Assembly: GCA_964016885.1 (NCBI GenBank)
Contig: OZ024742.1
Location: 93,186,001-93,250,000 of the forward strand
DNA from: Eledone cirrhosa
Lineage: Eukaryota
Length of the DNA stretch: 64,000 nt
Direction: 5' to 3'
The notes under the pieces were generated by a model. That model did no database searches. It saw nothing but the letters and a program-made list of their open reading frames with translations, and had not been told where the DNA came from. Below are positions 39,243 through 51,576 of the stretch, one piece after another (position 1 is the stretch's first letter; the number at the start of each line of letters is the position of its first letter). The position numbers and the translations under genes were made by a program.

Positions 39243-40211
39243 AATGCAAAGTATGGGTGCATAAAAGATGTAGTGGGATCACAGGTAAGCTAACTAAGAA
39301 TATAGATTTTATATGTGGCCGGTGCTCAGGTGCAATAAGTAGCAGCAAGTGCCCACAGAATATTAGCTCATTCCATTGCACAGATGGTTCTATAGAAATA
39401 GTGGACACCTTCCGTTACCTGGGTGACAAAATCAGCAGTGGGGGAGGATGCTCTGAAAGTACAGTAGCTAGAGTCAGAAGTGGATGGAAAATGTTCAGAG
39501 AGCTTATACCACTATTAGCTGCTAAAGGGCTCTCTCTAAAAATGAAAGGCAGGCTGTATGATGTCTGCATACGAACAGCAATGTTACATGGCAGTGAGAC
39601 TTGGGCATTGTGTGCAGAGGATATACGCAGACTAGAGAGGAACGAAGCTTGCATGCTCCGCTGGATGTGTAATAGTAATATACGTGAACGGCAAAGCATA
39701 AACGAACTAAGGGAAAAATTAGGAATAAGAGGGATCAGATGTTGTTTACTCGAGAGAAGGCTACGTTGGTATGGACACGTGATGCGCATGAAAGACGACA
39801 GCTGTATAACAAAGTGCAGGGCGATAAAAATAGACGGTAGCCACGGAGTAGGCAGACCCAGAAAAACCTGGGACGACTTGATAAATTCTGACCTCACACA
39901 CTTACACCTCTCCCTGGACCTCTCCTTGGACCTCTCCCTGGACCTCTCACTGGACCGAGATCTTTGGCGCTACACAGTAATACAGAAGACCCGCCTTGCC
40001 TAAGTACAAAGCGAAACCTACAGTCAGTAGGCACCTCTAACAAAATGCACCCTGTCCCACTACCCTCACCCCATCCACACCACCCCCTTCAATGTGAAGT
40101 TATGTTGGTACCACAACATCCAGTACGAAACAAATGAGGTTGTGTAGGTGTCACAACAAAAAAACACAATCCACACTGTAATGTGGCCGTGTAGGTAACA
40201 CGGTAAAAACC
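39243..40211 (+). mobile_element. Young RTE LINE copy, truncated at both ends
   Basis: ORF 39236-40003; internal 12-bp tandem (LSLD repeats); 3' UTR replaced by (CTT)n at 40211-40260. Confidence 0.95.
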
Positions 40212-40499
40212 TTCTTCTTCTTCTTCTTCTTCTTCTTCTTCTTCTTCTTCTTCTTCTTCTTTGCTCCCTTATTCATGAGAGAGTTGATGGGTAGAGATTT
40301 CAAGCATGCCTTCCAGTGGGTCTTGTAAGAAACAACTGTCTGAAATTGATCTGCCTGAACCCCCCAACAACAGCAGCTGAGGGCATGGATATTATCCTGT
40401 CAGTTGGTTTTTGCCCATAAAATCTGTTCAGCAATTCTTTTCTGGGACATTCTGACAATTTGTCTGTAGTATCAGAGCTGTGATTTCTCAATTCAGAAA

Positions 40500-40860
40500 A
40501 GTAGTGGCTCTACCTGGAATGACTCCCTAATCTCCAAGTTATGTACTCTATCGAGTAACATTACTCCAAAGACCCTTCAGAGGAATCCCATTTTGGGTGC
40601 TTGTATTCTTTAGTCATTACACACGGTTCATGCCCATAGGTAAGTGTTGGCATGAATACTGAATTGAAGATAGTGAGTTTGGCTTTTATATCTATCTTCC
40701 TTCTTCTGATGACCAAATGCTGAAGCTGGTGCAGTAATGCACCAGCTCCTGCCTTTTTTTGTGCTTTATTCAATCTCCTGCTTTCCATCACTCATGAAAA
40801 TGGCCCTAAGATACTTGAACTTCTCCACCTGCTTCAATGGAACTCCACTCACATGCAAAG
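40500..40860 (-). mobile_element. Rex3/Expander-like RTE fragment
   Basis: VEKFKYL..., KAKLTIFNSVFMPTLTYGHEPCVMT. Confidence 0.7.
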
Positions 40861-41387
40861 CTGTTCTGCTAAAGACCAGATATGATGGTTAGTTGTGATG
40901 CAAGTGGGCTACTGCCAGACAAATAAGCAGCCCTGAGCCAACAGTAGTAAGCTATTAAGGGAGATGGTGTAATGGGTAATACTGTTAGCTGCTAAGAAAA
41001 TTCTCCCAGTCCAGTGATGTAGCTATGACAAGGCGAGTAAAGGCTGCCTCTAAAAAACTAAAATCTTTGTGGGTCTGAGAAAAGTACCAAATTGGTGACT
41101 AGTGTGAATAAAACCAGTAAAAACTGAAATATGGTGAGGTGCAATAAATGTATTCATACTGTGTTGTCCTTTGTGTGGGATAATAAAAGACATGGTCTGG
41201 CTTTCGGTAGAGGGTTCTGTTCCTAAAATATATTGCAATCTCCAGCCAACACTGCAAGAACTGGTAATGGGCCTGTGATCTCTCTTGGAAGGCATGCAAT
41301 AGATACACAAAGGTTGCATATCCCAAGACCCCATAGAGGGTCCAGAAGGAAGCAAATCTTAACAGTTGGAAACAGGAGAAAGTTAAA

Positions 41388-41895
41388 TCTATATATCTAA
41401 AACAGAGAATGTCTGTCTGTCTGTCTGTCAGCTCAATAAAACTTGAGAACCACCCAACCGATTGTTTTCAAACTTTACACATGTAATACTTATTGCCTTG
41501 TGAGTGTTTTGAGAAAAGAAAATTTCAAATTTTCAATGCCCTAGGGACCGCATTAGGTGATTTAGCGATCTCTCTCTATAATTCTTAGTCATTCTTTTTA
41601 GATAGATTCATAGATATAACGTTGTGCCCTTATAATATCTGTCTGTATGTCTGGCTGTCTGAATTGGATTGGCAGTATCGGTAGAGAGTCGGACGCCATG
41701 CTTTGACGCATAGTTACGGCCCTTGCCATTCTGAGTTCAAATCCCGCCGAGGTTAACTTTGCCTTTCATCCTTACGGGGTCGATAAAATAAAGTACCAGT
41801 AATGCACTGGGTAATTACTGGCCTTGTGCCAAAAGTAGAAACAATTATGATCCTGTGTGTGTGTGTGTGTCTGTGTGTGTATATATGTATATATA

Positions 41896-41945
<50 letters not shown>

Positions 41946-42231
41946 TGTGTAACGTTTTTCGAAATATTTACTTCTGTGTTTACAGATTGATTTTTTTTTA
42001 GTTTCAGAAGATCCCATTAAGGGTGAAAGCAGCGATTCTTTGCTTAAACTTTAATCTGTTATTTTAATATATATATATATAATTATATATTCGTGTACAG
42101 ATATTTTTGCATACACAATAACAAAATATAAACAAACGTATTTATTTCATGAGGCTCGATAAGGATAAATATATATCAAATATATAAGAACCCTAGAGCA
42201 AATCCTGAGCAACGCCGGGCCATTCTGCTAG
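41388..42231 (+). mobile_element. Non-autonomous Helitron with nested SINE
   Basis: A|TC start, (GTCT)n near 5' end, 3' cctgagcaacgccggg hairpin then CTAG|T. Confidence 0.85.
41665..41849 (+). mobile_element. Well-preserved SINE family A
   Basis: tggcagtatcggtagag...gagttcaaatcccgccgagg...gcctttcatccttacggggtcgataaaataaagtacc...gtagaaacaattat. Confidence 0.9.
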
Positions 42232-42333
42232 TATATTACTAAATTCTTGATTACATTGAAAGTTAACTGAAACAGACTGGCATTATTTTTGTTTGGAAAT
42301 ATGGTAACAAAATTGGTTAAACAATTTTAACTA

Positions 42334-43184
42334 CTCCCTAAAAATGAAAGGCAGGTTGTATAATGCCTGCATACGAACAGCAATGTTGCATGGCAGTGAG
42401 ACCTGGGCATTGTGTGCAGAGGATATACGCAGACTAGAGAGGAACGAAGCTTGTATGCTCCGCTGGATGTGTAACAGTAATATACGTGAACGGCAAAGCA
42501 TAAACGAACTAAGGAAAAAATTAGAAATAAGAGGGATCAGATGTTGTTTACTCGAGAGAAGGCTACGTTGGTATGGACACGTGATGCGCATGAAAGTCGA
42601 TAGCTGTATAACAAAGTGCAGGGCAATAAAGATAGACGGTAGCCACGGAATAGGCAGACCTAGAAAAACCTGGGACGAGCTGATAAACTCCGACCTCACA
42701 CACTTACACCTCTCCAAGACAATGTCATTGGACCGAGACCTTTGGCGGTACTCAGTAACAGAGAAGACCCGCCTTACCTAAATACATAGTAAAACCTACT
42801 ACAGCCAGTAGGCATCTCTAACAAAATACCCCCCCCCCCCGTCCCACCACCACCACCCCCGCCCCATCCACACCACCCTGTTCTATGTAAAGTTATGTTG
42901 GTGCCACACCATCCAGGCCGAAACAAATGAGATCGTGTAGGTGTCACGACAAAAAAACACACAGTCCACGCTGTAATGTGGCCGTGTAGGCAACACGGTA
43001 AAAACCTCCCAGACCCACACTGTAAATGTGGTTGGTGTTAGGAAGGGCATCCAACTGTAGAAAACCTGCCAGACAGTCCTATGCGAGCAAGACAATCACT
43101 CTTGCCTCAAGTGGGACTACCCCCGTCCAAACCCATGCAAGCGTGGAACACGGACGTTAAACGTTGATGATGATGATGATGATG
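42334..43184 (+). mobile_element. Young RTE LINE copy, 5'-truncated
   Basis: ORF 42344-42781, 3' UTR, (GAT)n tail. Confidence 0.95.
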
Positions 43185-44420
43185 AATGAAATCTAAGATA
43201 TAATCCAAATTTTGAACATAATGAAATAAGTTTGATTGTTAGGTTTTAAAGAACCTTAACTATGGAATTAAACTAAAGACATAATCGACATCTTCAACAT
43301 AATGAAACAATAGTATGAAGAGCTATAATCTTATGCATTAAAACAGAAATATGAGCATTTATAAAACTTAAAATTTTTATAGGTCCCACTAATAATAACA
43401 AATAAGAATTCTTATTTTAGGAGTTTGGGGTGAATGATTGACAGATATTTAAGGTTTAGTAAAATGTTATTTTGCAATAGAAGTTTAATGATGGGAGTAT
43501 TGCAGTGGTAGCTTTTGTGACAACATTTCTAACAAGAATATGCTGTCTTTGTGTTTTCATCATCTAAAAATTCAGGAATTATGAGAGGTTTACTCCCATC
43601 ATTAAACTTCTATTTTCTATTTTCAATTTAATAATTGTTTCTACTTTTGGCACAAGGCCAGTAATTACCCAGTGCATTACTGGTACTTTTATTTTATTGA
43701 CCCCATAATGATGAAAGGCAAAGTTAACCTTGGTGGGATTTGAACTCAGAATGGCAAGGGCTGTAATGGTTCTATTTTAAGCAGAAAGCCTGCAATTTCA
43801 GACAGTAAAAGTCAATTAAAATGAGTTTAGTACTCAGTTGGTACTTTAATTTATCAATCCTAGAAGAATAAAAGGCAAAGTTATGTTCAGAAAATAAAGA
43901 GATGCAGCTAAATACTGTATTATACTCTAATGATCCTGTCTCTCCATTGCCATAAATTTCAACTTAATAATAAAAGACAAATATTTAAGTAATGAAATCA
44001 AATATTATCTGTCATGTAAGAATGAGATTTCAGTCCAAGATTGAACACTTTAATGGGAGCAGTTTTCTGGGAGGTTGGTGCTTAAAGGGTTAAGGTATAT
44101 GTATATGTAAGAAAATAATTAGAGTTGAAGAACAGACAGACAGAAGGTATGGATAGGTATTCAATAGCAGTAGATGTCTGATGGCAGAAATACTATAGGT
44201 AAGTGTAGATGGGAGGGAGTGTAAAAAGGGAGAGAGAGAGAGAGAGAGAAGAAGAAGCAGACAGGACTGACTGTACATCGATCAAATTATCCAAACAAGT
44301 AACTTAACAATGTTGAAACCTAGAGGTAGATTGCCGGTGAGGAGGGGAGTGTAGTGGTAGCGATGGTGGTTGTGGTGAGTTTGCTTTCATTGTGCTTTAG
44401 AATGATAGATAATTGAGACA

Positions 44421-44459
<39 letters not shown>

Positions 44460-44491
44460 TATATATGTGTGTGTGTGTGTGTATTTATATG

Positions 44492-44540
<49 letters not shown>

Positions 44541-44569
44541 TTATATATATACATTTATATATATAAATG

Positions 44570-44605
<36 letters not shown>

Positions 44606-44612
44606 TATATAA

Positions 44613-44695
<83 letters not shown>

Positions 44696-44795
44696 CATTT
44701 ATATATATATACATTTATATATATATATATATATATATACATTTATATATATATATATACATACACATACATTTATCATTTATATATACATATAT

Positions 44796-44826
<31 letters not shown>

Positions 44827-44924
44827 CACATTTATATATATATATAAATCTGTATATATATATATATATATATGCATATATATATATATACAGATTTATA
44901 TATATATATATACACACACACATG

Positions 44925-44961
<37 letters not shown>

Positions 44962-45000
44962 ATGTATATATATGCACATGTATATTTATACAGATATATA
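44421..45000. repeat. ~580-bp interrupted (TA)n microsatellite
   Basis: Direct inspection. Confidence 0.95.
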
Positions 45001-45924
45001 CATAACATGAAAAAAATAAAAAATAAAAAATAAAAAAGTAAAACAAAACAAATCAAGAATGCCAATAAATATCCAATATAAAACAACAGTAAAACAAACA
45101 ACACTAACAATGCCTCCATACCAAACCAAAATAACAATAATATAAACAACAATGAATTAAAAAGGAAATGGTAAAGATCGATGGTTGTTTGGCATGTCAA
45201 CTTTTCTCATTAAATTTGTTTGAAAGATGGAAAAAATAACAAAAAACTAAAAAAAAAACTTGAAAAAAAACATGAGTAACTTAATTCAAAAGAAAGATTT
45301 GGAATCTTACTTTTGAATTAAAAAGATATATATTCTCTTATTTTTTTGTACTGATTTCAGTCATTGGACTGTGGTCATGCTGGAGTCTGGGCCATATTAA
45401 TCTATGGTCAGGCCACCGAGGGTTTTAAATATTTTGAGCCCCCTCTGGCAATTCAATATTTCACACCACTACAGCAATAACAACTTCTTCATCTTTGTGA
45501 GACTCCACCCCCTAGACTTCAGCTGAGTTAACCTTATGATGGTTGGTACACTACTTGAAATAAAGCAGTATTTTATTTAAAGATGGTTGATTTTGGAATA
45601 AATTGAAGGCAACAAAGACGTTGGTGTGTTACCTGTTATTTTATTTACCTGGCCTAATATTTCGGGTCTAAAACCTTTTGTCAGAAGACTATAATAAGAA
45701 ACTGTGTGGGAGTTTGTGCTATTGTTTCTGTTACCAGTATGCTATTTAACTTAGTTGATTTTACCAGTCAAGTTATAGTGTAGCTATAATCAACATATCT
45801 TTTACCCCACCAAACTATTTTCTCATCACGTGTCTATGTAAAGAAACTTTGTCATTTCTGTTCTTTATTATCAGATCTTAGCTCTAGTGGTCGGTAAGTG
45901 GCTGAAATAGTCAGATAACAGATT

Positions 45925-45992
<68 letters not shown>

Positions 45993-46813
45993 CTATCTAA
46001 GGCGGGTAAAATTCCCGAGATCCATGGACGAGTTCTCTCCAGCGGTCTCTGTCCCTCATTATCGCTGCCATATCCTGCATCTCCAACAGACCAGTCTCTG
46101 TCCTTAGGGCATCAACATATGTTAACCTTGGTCTTCCTCTTCTAGTGTGTCCATGTAGGGGCTCCCAAAGGAGCACTGAGTGCAATGTCAACTCTGGATG
46201 TCGGTGAGCATGTCCAGCCAACCTCAGTCTCCTCTGTGTCACTTTTGAGCTGACTTTTGGGATGCTCCCATAAAGCTCTGAGTTTATCATCCTCAGTGTA
46301 TACTGATTAATGTTCAGAGCCATCCTCAGCATTCTGGTGTAGCACCCATCCACCATCTGGAGAAACACCAGGACTCTGGCTTTACTGTAGCACCGGCTCA
46401 GAGCAGGAGAGTTGGGGCGAAAAAGGTATCGGATGCTGAATTTGCCGACGACATAGTTTTGGTGACAAATACAGTGAAGGAGGCAGAGGATTTGATGCGG
46501 GAGGTTGAGACTGTGTCGATGAGTGTGGGGCTGAGAATGAATGAGACTAAAACAAAATATCTGGTAGAGAATGTTGAGAAGCCAGAGGGGATCACTAATG
46601 TAGGCGGGAAGCCGCTGGAATTGGTTGAGGACTTCCTGTATGTGGGAGCAAAGATTGGGAATACGGAAGATGATGTGGTTGAGAGGAAGAGCAAGGCCTG
46701 GGCGGCGTGTCACAGCTTGAGATCGGTGTGGAAGTCGGACCTTCGTAGAGACCTGAAAATCCGCCTCTTCATTGCTGTAGTGGAGTCTGTGCTGCTGTAT
46801 GGGTCTGAGACTT

Positions 46814-46815
<2 letters not shown>
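45993..46815 (-). mobile_element. RTE-clade LINE (second family) with 5' inversion, in (TA)n
   Basis: Minus 46358-45997: VDGCYTRMLR...RLRLAGH...RGRPRLTYVD...RDRWR; plus 46360-46815: EFADDIVL...FLYVG...LLYGSETW. Confidence 0.9.
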
Positions 46816-46865
<50 letters not shown>

Positions 46866-46867
<2 letters not shown>

Positions 46868-47050
46868 CGAAGGAAATGTGGTAAGGAACCAGATGGACCA
46901 TAACGCACCAAAGTACTCAATACTTAGGGTAGTAGAGTGGATAATAGGAACGAGTAGGACCCCGACAGCTGAGCTCAAGCGGTTTCGACGACTAATTCTG
47001 GACTAAAATTTTAGTCCAGAATTAGCCGTCCCGTCGGAGTCCTACTCGTT

Positions 47051-47052
<2 letters not shown>
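46866..47052 (-). mobile_element. Fold-back element in (TA)n, copy 4
   Basis: Hairpin centre ctaattctggactaaa-at-tttagtccagaattag; same termini as copy 1. Confidence 0.85.
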
Positions 47053-47088
<36 letters not shown>

Positions 47089-47093
<5 letters not shown>

Positions 47094-47452
47094 GACGTAA
47101 ATAAGAAAGTTATGAAAATTGACTTACTTACTAAAATTTCACTCCAACTAATTAGTTTCTGTAAGGGGGTAAATATAGTTACGTAATAACTATAGAGAAG
47201 CCTTACGTCATCAGGGAGTCTATTCTCAGCTAAGTTTCCAGGCAATGCGGGGACACTGGGAACTTATATAAAAATAATTCAGTGGATGGAAAAAAGCGAG
47301 CGGGGCTAGATTCCAAGCCATTGAAATATTCACTAATTAGTTGGAGTGAAATTTTAGTAAGTAAGTCAATTTTCATAACTTTCTTATTTACGTCTTTCAT
47401 ATAATTGTTCTGCATTCCCCTGCATAAACCACAAAGTTACTAAGACAAAACA
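47089..47452. mobile_element. Penelope-like inverted terminal insert in (TA)n
   Basis: Inverted repeat ~47086-47156/47332-47402; ~50-bp tail on the right arm; hammerhead on the left arm. Confidence 0.8.
47141..47219 (-). ncRNA. Apparently intact minimal type I hammerhead ribozyme
   Basis: Minus strand actcc-CTGATGA-cgtaagg...tatagtta/taactata...ccttaca-GAAA-ctaattag-TT-ggagt; stem I actcc/ggagt; 10-nt palindromic stem III; GUU site. Confidence 0.85.
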
Positions 47453-48037
47453 TATATATCTGCTAGCATAGGTATGCATCTGTATACATATGTCGGTAGA
47501 TATATTAATTCTTTATATATATATATATATATATATATATCACCCCTTTCTAGCTAGGAAAATTGACATTAAATAATAATGTTTGTGATATCATCATATT
47601 CATCATCCCCATTTTATATCTACTTGCTACGTGGAAATAACCAACAAATTCAACTGATTTTCAAACACCTTAATGTGATTTATATAATTTCTTAATCTTT
47701 TCTTTTTCTTCACTTACATAATACAATACGCCAAACTATTCTGCTCCATACCTTAATAAATATTACCATCTCTATAATACATACCATTACATAATATCAT
47801 ATATTTGCAATAGCACAAGAATACTAACAAGTGTACAGCTTTGCAATTTCAAATTTACATCTTGGAGTTATTTTCCTTTGTGTGTGTTTTTTTTTGTAAA
47901 CTAGCGTTTTAACATGCTATACTTTTAATGGCATCCCAATCTGAATAATAGGTCACAATTTTGATTCCTCTTAGGATCTGGAGATATGGTCAATATTGGG
48001 ACTAGAAACCTTATGTAGTGCTTTTGTTCCATATATG

Positions 48038-48152
<115 letters not shown>

Positions 48153-49124
48153 GTATATGAATTTTCATAAAATTGTACGATTCTGAGCATGAAGGGTAGT
48201 TGTAATCAGCTGAATACTGTATCTATAGCAAAAGGTCAGGTTAAGATATAACCACATATTGAATGGAGAGCAGGAGAGAAAAAGAAGAAAGAGAGTCTAA
48301 AGCATGAGATGATAAATGAGAGGGGTATATATATATAAGTATATATATATATATAGAGAGAGAGCAGAGAAGAGGAGAGCAGAAGAGAAAAGTGGGAATG
48401 AGATCTATGGAGAAGAACATTTGGAAAATATATAAAACTAATGGTGAAAGGATGAAGAAAGTAAAATAACAAGGAAAATAGAACTTTAGCATCATATGAA
48501 TCATCAGTTTCCTTCTAGACCAACATGATTTCTTGCAAGAAAGGACGATGTATATAAGGCTAGCCCATGCGACAAAACCTAAATTTCTGTTGTTCTGACA
48601 CTGGAATAGACAAACAAGAGAGCAGTGGAGCATGTCTATACTAAGCCGTGGTTGACAGGAAAAGGGGCTGTCTGTTATTCTGACGGGAACAGCAGCATCA
48701 GTAGGCAACAAGAGAGAAGTATCAGCCACAGCAGTAGTAATAACTTTGGAAAGTTAACAGGAGAAGGAAAAATAGATATATAGGGGAGGGGGAGAAAGAG
48801 AGACAAAATAGGTAAATAGATAAAGATATAAAGAGTTACCTGTTAATGTTTACATACATAATTTGAGGCATGTTGGCTTTTTAAATTAAACAGATATGGT
48901 GCCAGTGACAGCTGGCTTGCTCTCATCCTCCCATACCACTTGTTGCTGAGAATCGATGCTTGGCTGTAGAATGTCACTGCTCATTAAGGCACAACTGCAG
49001 CCAGGCCAGCAAGTCTGCTGTGCACAAGGCAGCATCTTATCTCAATAAACATCTCCACATTCACACATTCACTCTCAAATTTAAATATATTTCAACAAAA
49101 TGCTTTCACTGGTGCCTCCCTTGT

Positions 49125-49433
49125 TGTGACGATCACATCACCAGTAGCGCTCTCTAGACAGGAAGTAGCTGGAGTTACTTCCCATTGAGGTTGCAGAGCC
49201 TGCTTTGTCACTTCCGTCCAGAGACCCTATAAAGGAGAGAGCTGAAAGCTATCTCCCTCTCTTTTAACCTGCCTGGCCCTTCGGCCAGGCGCGTTCTGCC
49301 AGAGGGTATACTCTCTGGCAACCTGAACATGGTAATGTAAAGACCTCTTGGTCTAATACGCGATGACTTCAAAACGGTAACAAATAACTTTAATTCATCC
49401 TTTCATCTCTCTTGGCATGTCAACATAACTCAA
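49125..49433 (+). mobile_element. Candidate solo LTR or structured insertion
   Basis: Starts TGT, flanked by ccttgt direct repeat; TATAAA at 49228; several GC-rich hairpins; lacks a clean CA end. Confidence 0.4.
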
Positions 49434-49740
49434 CCTTGTTAAATAAATATTGTACATACAACCCAGTGTTGCTGTTATATATTAAAATCAGTATTTGGTT
49501 TACCTTGTTTGTATGTCTCAATTCATCAGTTTTCAACCCCACCAATAAATACATACAACACACTACAACAATTAACAATACAACTATCAGCATAAACACA
49601 ACAACAATCAACCACATGTCTAGACAAAATGGTAACTAACACATACTAAACATTTCCGGAAAATATAGGAACATATATGTATATGTTTAAATATATATAT
49701 ATATATATAAATGCAGGCATACATATTTTTCTTTCTTAAT

Positions 49741-49789
49741 TGTACTCAAGAAACTCTGATTACTCAGTGAAACTGCAGCAGTCGGGACA
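49741..49789 (+). ncRNA. Decayed hammerhead-like motif
   Basis: ctcaaga (cf. CTGAAGA)-a-act..ga/tcagt-GAAA(49769)-ctg-cag-cag-TC; GUC at 49781-49783. Confidence 0.4.
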
Positions 49790-50411
49790 TAAAAGTAAAT
49801 AGGTAAAGATTTTTTCTTATCTTTTTTGCTTTTCCTAAATATAATTATATATACATATATAAAATGAATTGGAAAATTTTTATTCAAAATGCAAAATACA
49901 GAATAATAGTGAAAGTGAGAAGAGCCCCAAAGCCAAGAGAAGATAATCTGGATGATCTAAGGGAAACAATTTGACAGAAAAAATGCGAACTAATGGTAAA
50001 TTAGCTAATAATTAGGAGGTGCTAGAAAAATCGATAGATTAAGAAAGATATAAATCAATATTAAGGAGGACAGTTTTTTAAATGGAACTTAGAAACATGA
50101 GAACATCATCAGAATAACATTGCAATGATGAGAAATGGTGGATATTGAATAATCTCCACAGCAATAACAAACCACTTGACACACGCACAGAGTTCTTCAA
50201 TAACAAAACACACATACACATGCACATGCACACGCAAATGTATATGCTCTATATATAAAATTATTTGTTTTCCTTTTGAGCTCTGGATCACTGCCCTTTA
50301 AAACAAGATCATCTTACACAACAATGCCAGCATCAACATTTTCCAAGAGATGGCAACATGAATAGACCTAGGTTTTACTCTAGAAATTTATTTTTCTGCC
50401 ACTGCCCAGTC

Positions 50412-50578
50412 TTCTCTATCTTTCTATTTCTTCTTTAATTTCTCATTCTATTTTCTGATGAAGGACTAATGTCGAAAATCTTAAGACTCTTTTCCTACAA
50501 TATCAAGCGTAAAACTAATAATATATTTCTTAATTGTACAGTGTCATTTGCTTTGTTATTCCTGTTTGCCTTTTGCAT
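50412..50578 (+). mobile_element. Penelope-like terminal fragment with decayed hammerhead
   Basis: CTGATGA 50455-50461, gac-taat-gtc, GAAA 50474-50477; homologous to 3240-3400. Confidence 0.55.
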
Positions 50579-50600
50579 ACATATATATGTATACATATAT

Positions 50601-51447
50601 ATCCAAAATTAAATTAAGGGTGTCATGTCCGAGAGACATGCACCATATCCACTGTAGAATATGCTCAAAGATTCCAATGAATAGATCCGAGCATTTTATA
50701 CGAACTAGAAATTAATTCACATATATATATCTAAAATAAATATATGAAACAATCACAGGGGATAATTTGTAAAGGTAGGTAACTAATTAAAGTTTAACTG
50801 GAATTTCAAATATAGATACCTTTTAAATTGATTAATCTTCCTTGTATATATTTCATTAAAGAAATATATTTCACAATTAATTGGTAAATCACAGTAGTCA
50901 AATCCGGATTTTCAACAAGGGAGAAGATTTAACTATCTGTGTTTACACAGCAAATGCAAATCTGTGAATGACCCGTAGCACGTGTTGCATTTTTAAAAAT
51001 ACATACATCGTACCAGCGTCATCCCAGTGGCGTGAATAGGATTATCGACAGCTAGAAATAGCAGCCAAGTCCTTTCATCTGAGTTAGCTCTACAATTAAG
51101 GGGCCGTATATATATCCAAAATTAAATTAATTGTGTCATGTCCGAGAGACATGCGCTATATCCACTGTATCAAAGATTCCAATGAATAGATCCGAGCATT
51201 TTATATCAACTAGAAATAATCTGGGATTTGACTAGTGATTTACCGATTAATGGTGAAATATATTTCTTTAATGAAATATATACAAGGAAGATTAATCATT
51301 TTAAAAGGTATCTATATCTGAAGTTCTAGTTAAACTTTAATTAGTTACCTACCTAGCTGTGTGTGCTTACACACTTTACAAATTATCCCCTGTGTTTGTT
51401 TCATATGTTTATTTTAGATATATATATGTTAATCTATTTCTAGTTGA

Positions 51448-51450
<3 letters not shown>
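50601..51450. repeat. Direct plus inverted duplication (A-B ... A-revB)
   Basis: A at 50601-50712 and 51114-51217; B at 50697-50905 is inverted at 51224-51450; TA-rich flanks. Confidence 0.85.
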
Positions 51451-51514
<64 letters not shown>

Positions 51515-51545
51515 ATGTATATATATATATATGTGTGTGTGTGTG

Positions 51546-51576
<31 letters not shown>

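Noticed and set aside
44413-45200. YI/CV/HT/RE/SL-repeat ORFs here and throughout the window
   Set aside because: Microsatellite translations
45650-45925. Two possible hammerhead remnants (minus ctgacaa...gaaatatta; plus ...ggctgaaatagtc)
   Set aside because: Core mutated and stem I unsupported; too degenerate to call
45997-46920. 307-aa minus-strand ORF as one gene
   Set aside because: Chance read-through across the fold-back tail, (TA)n, antisense RT and sense RT C-terminus
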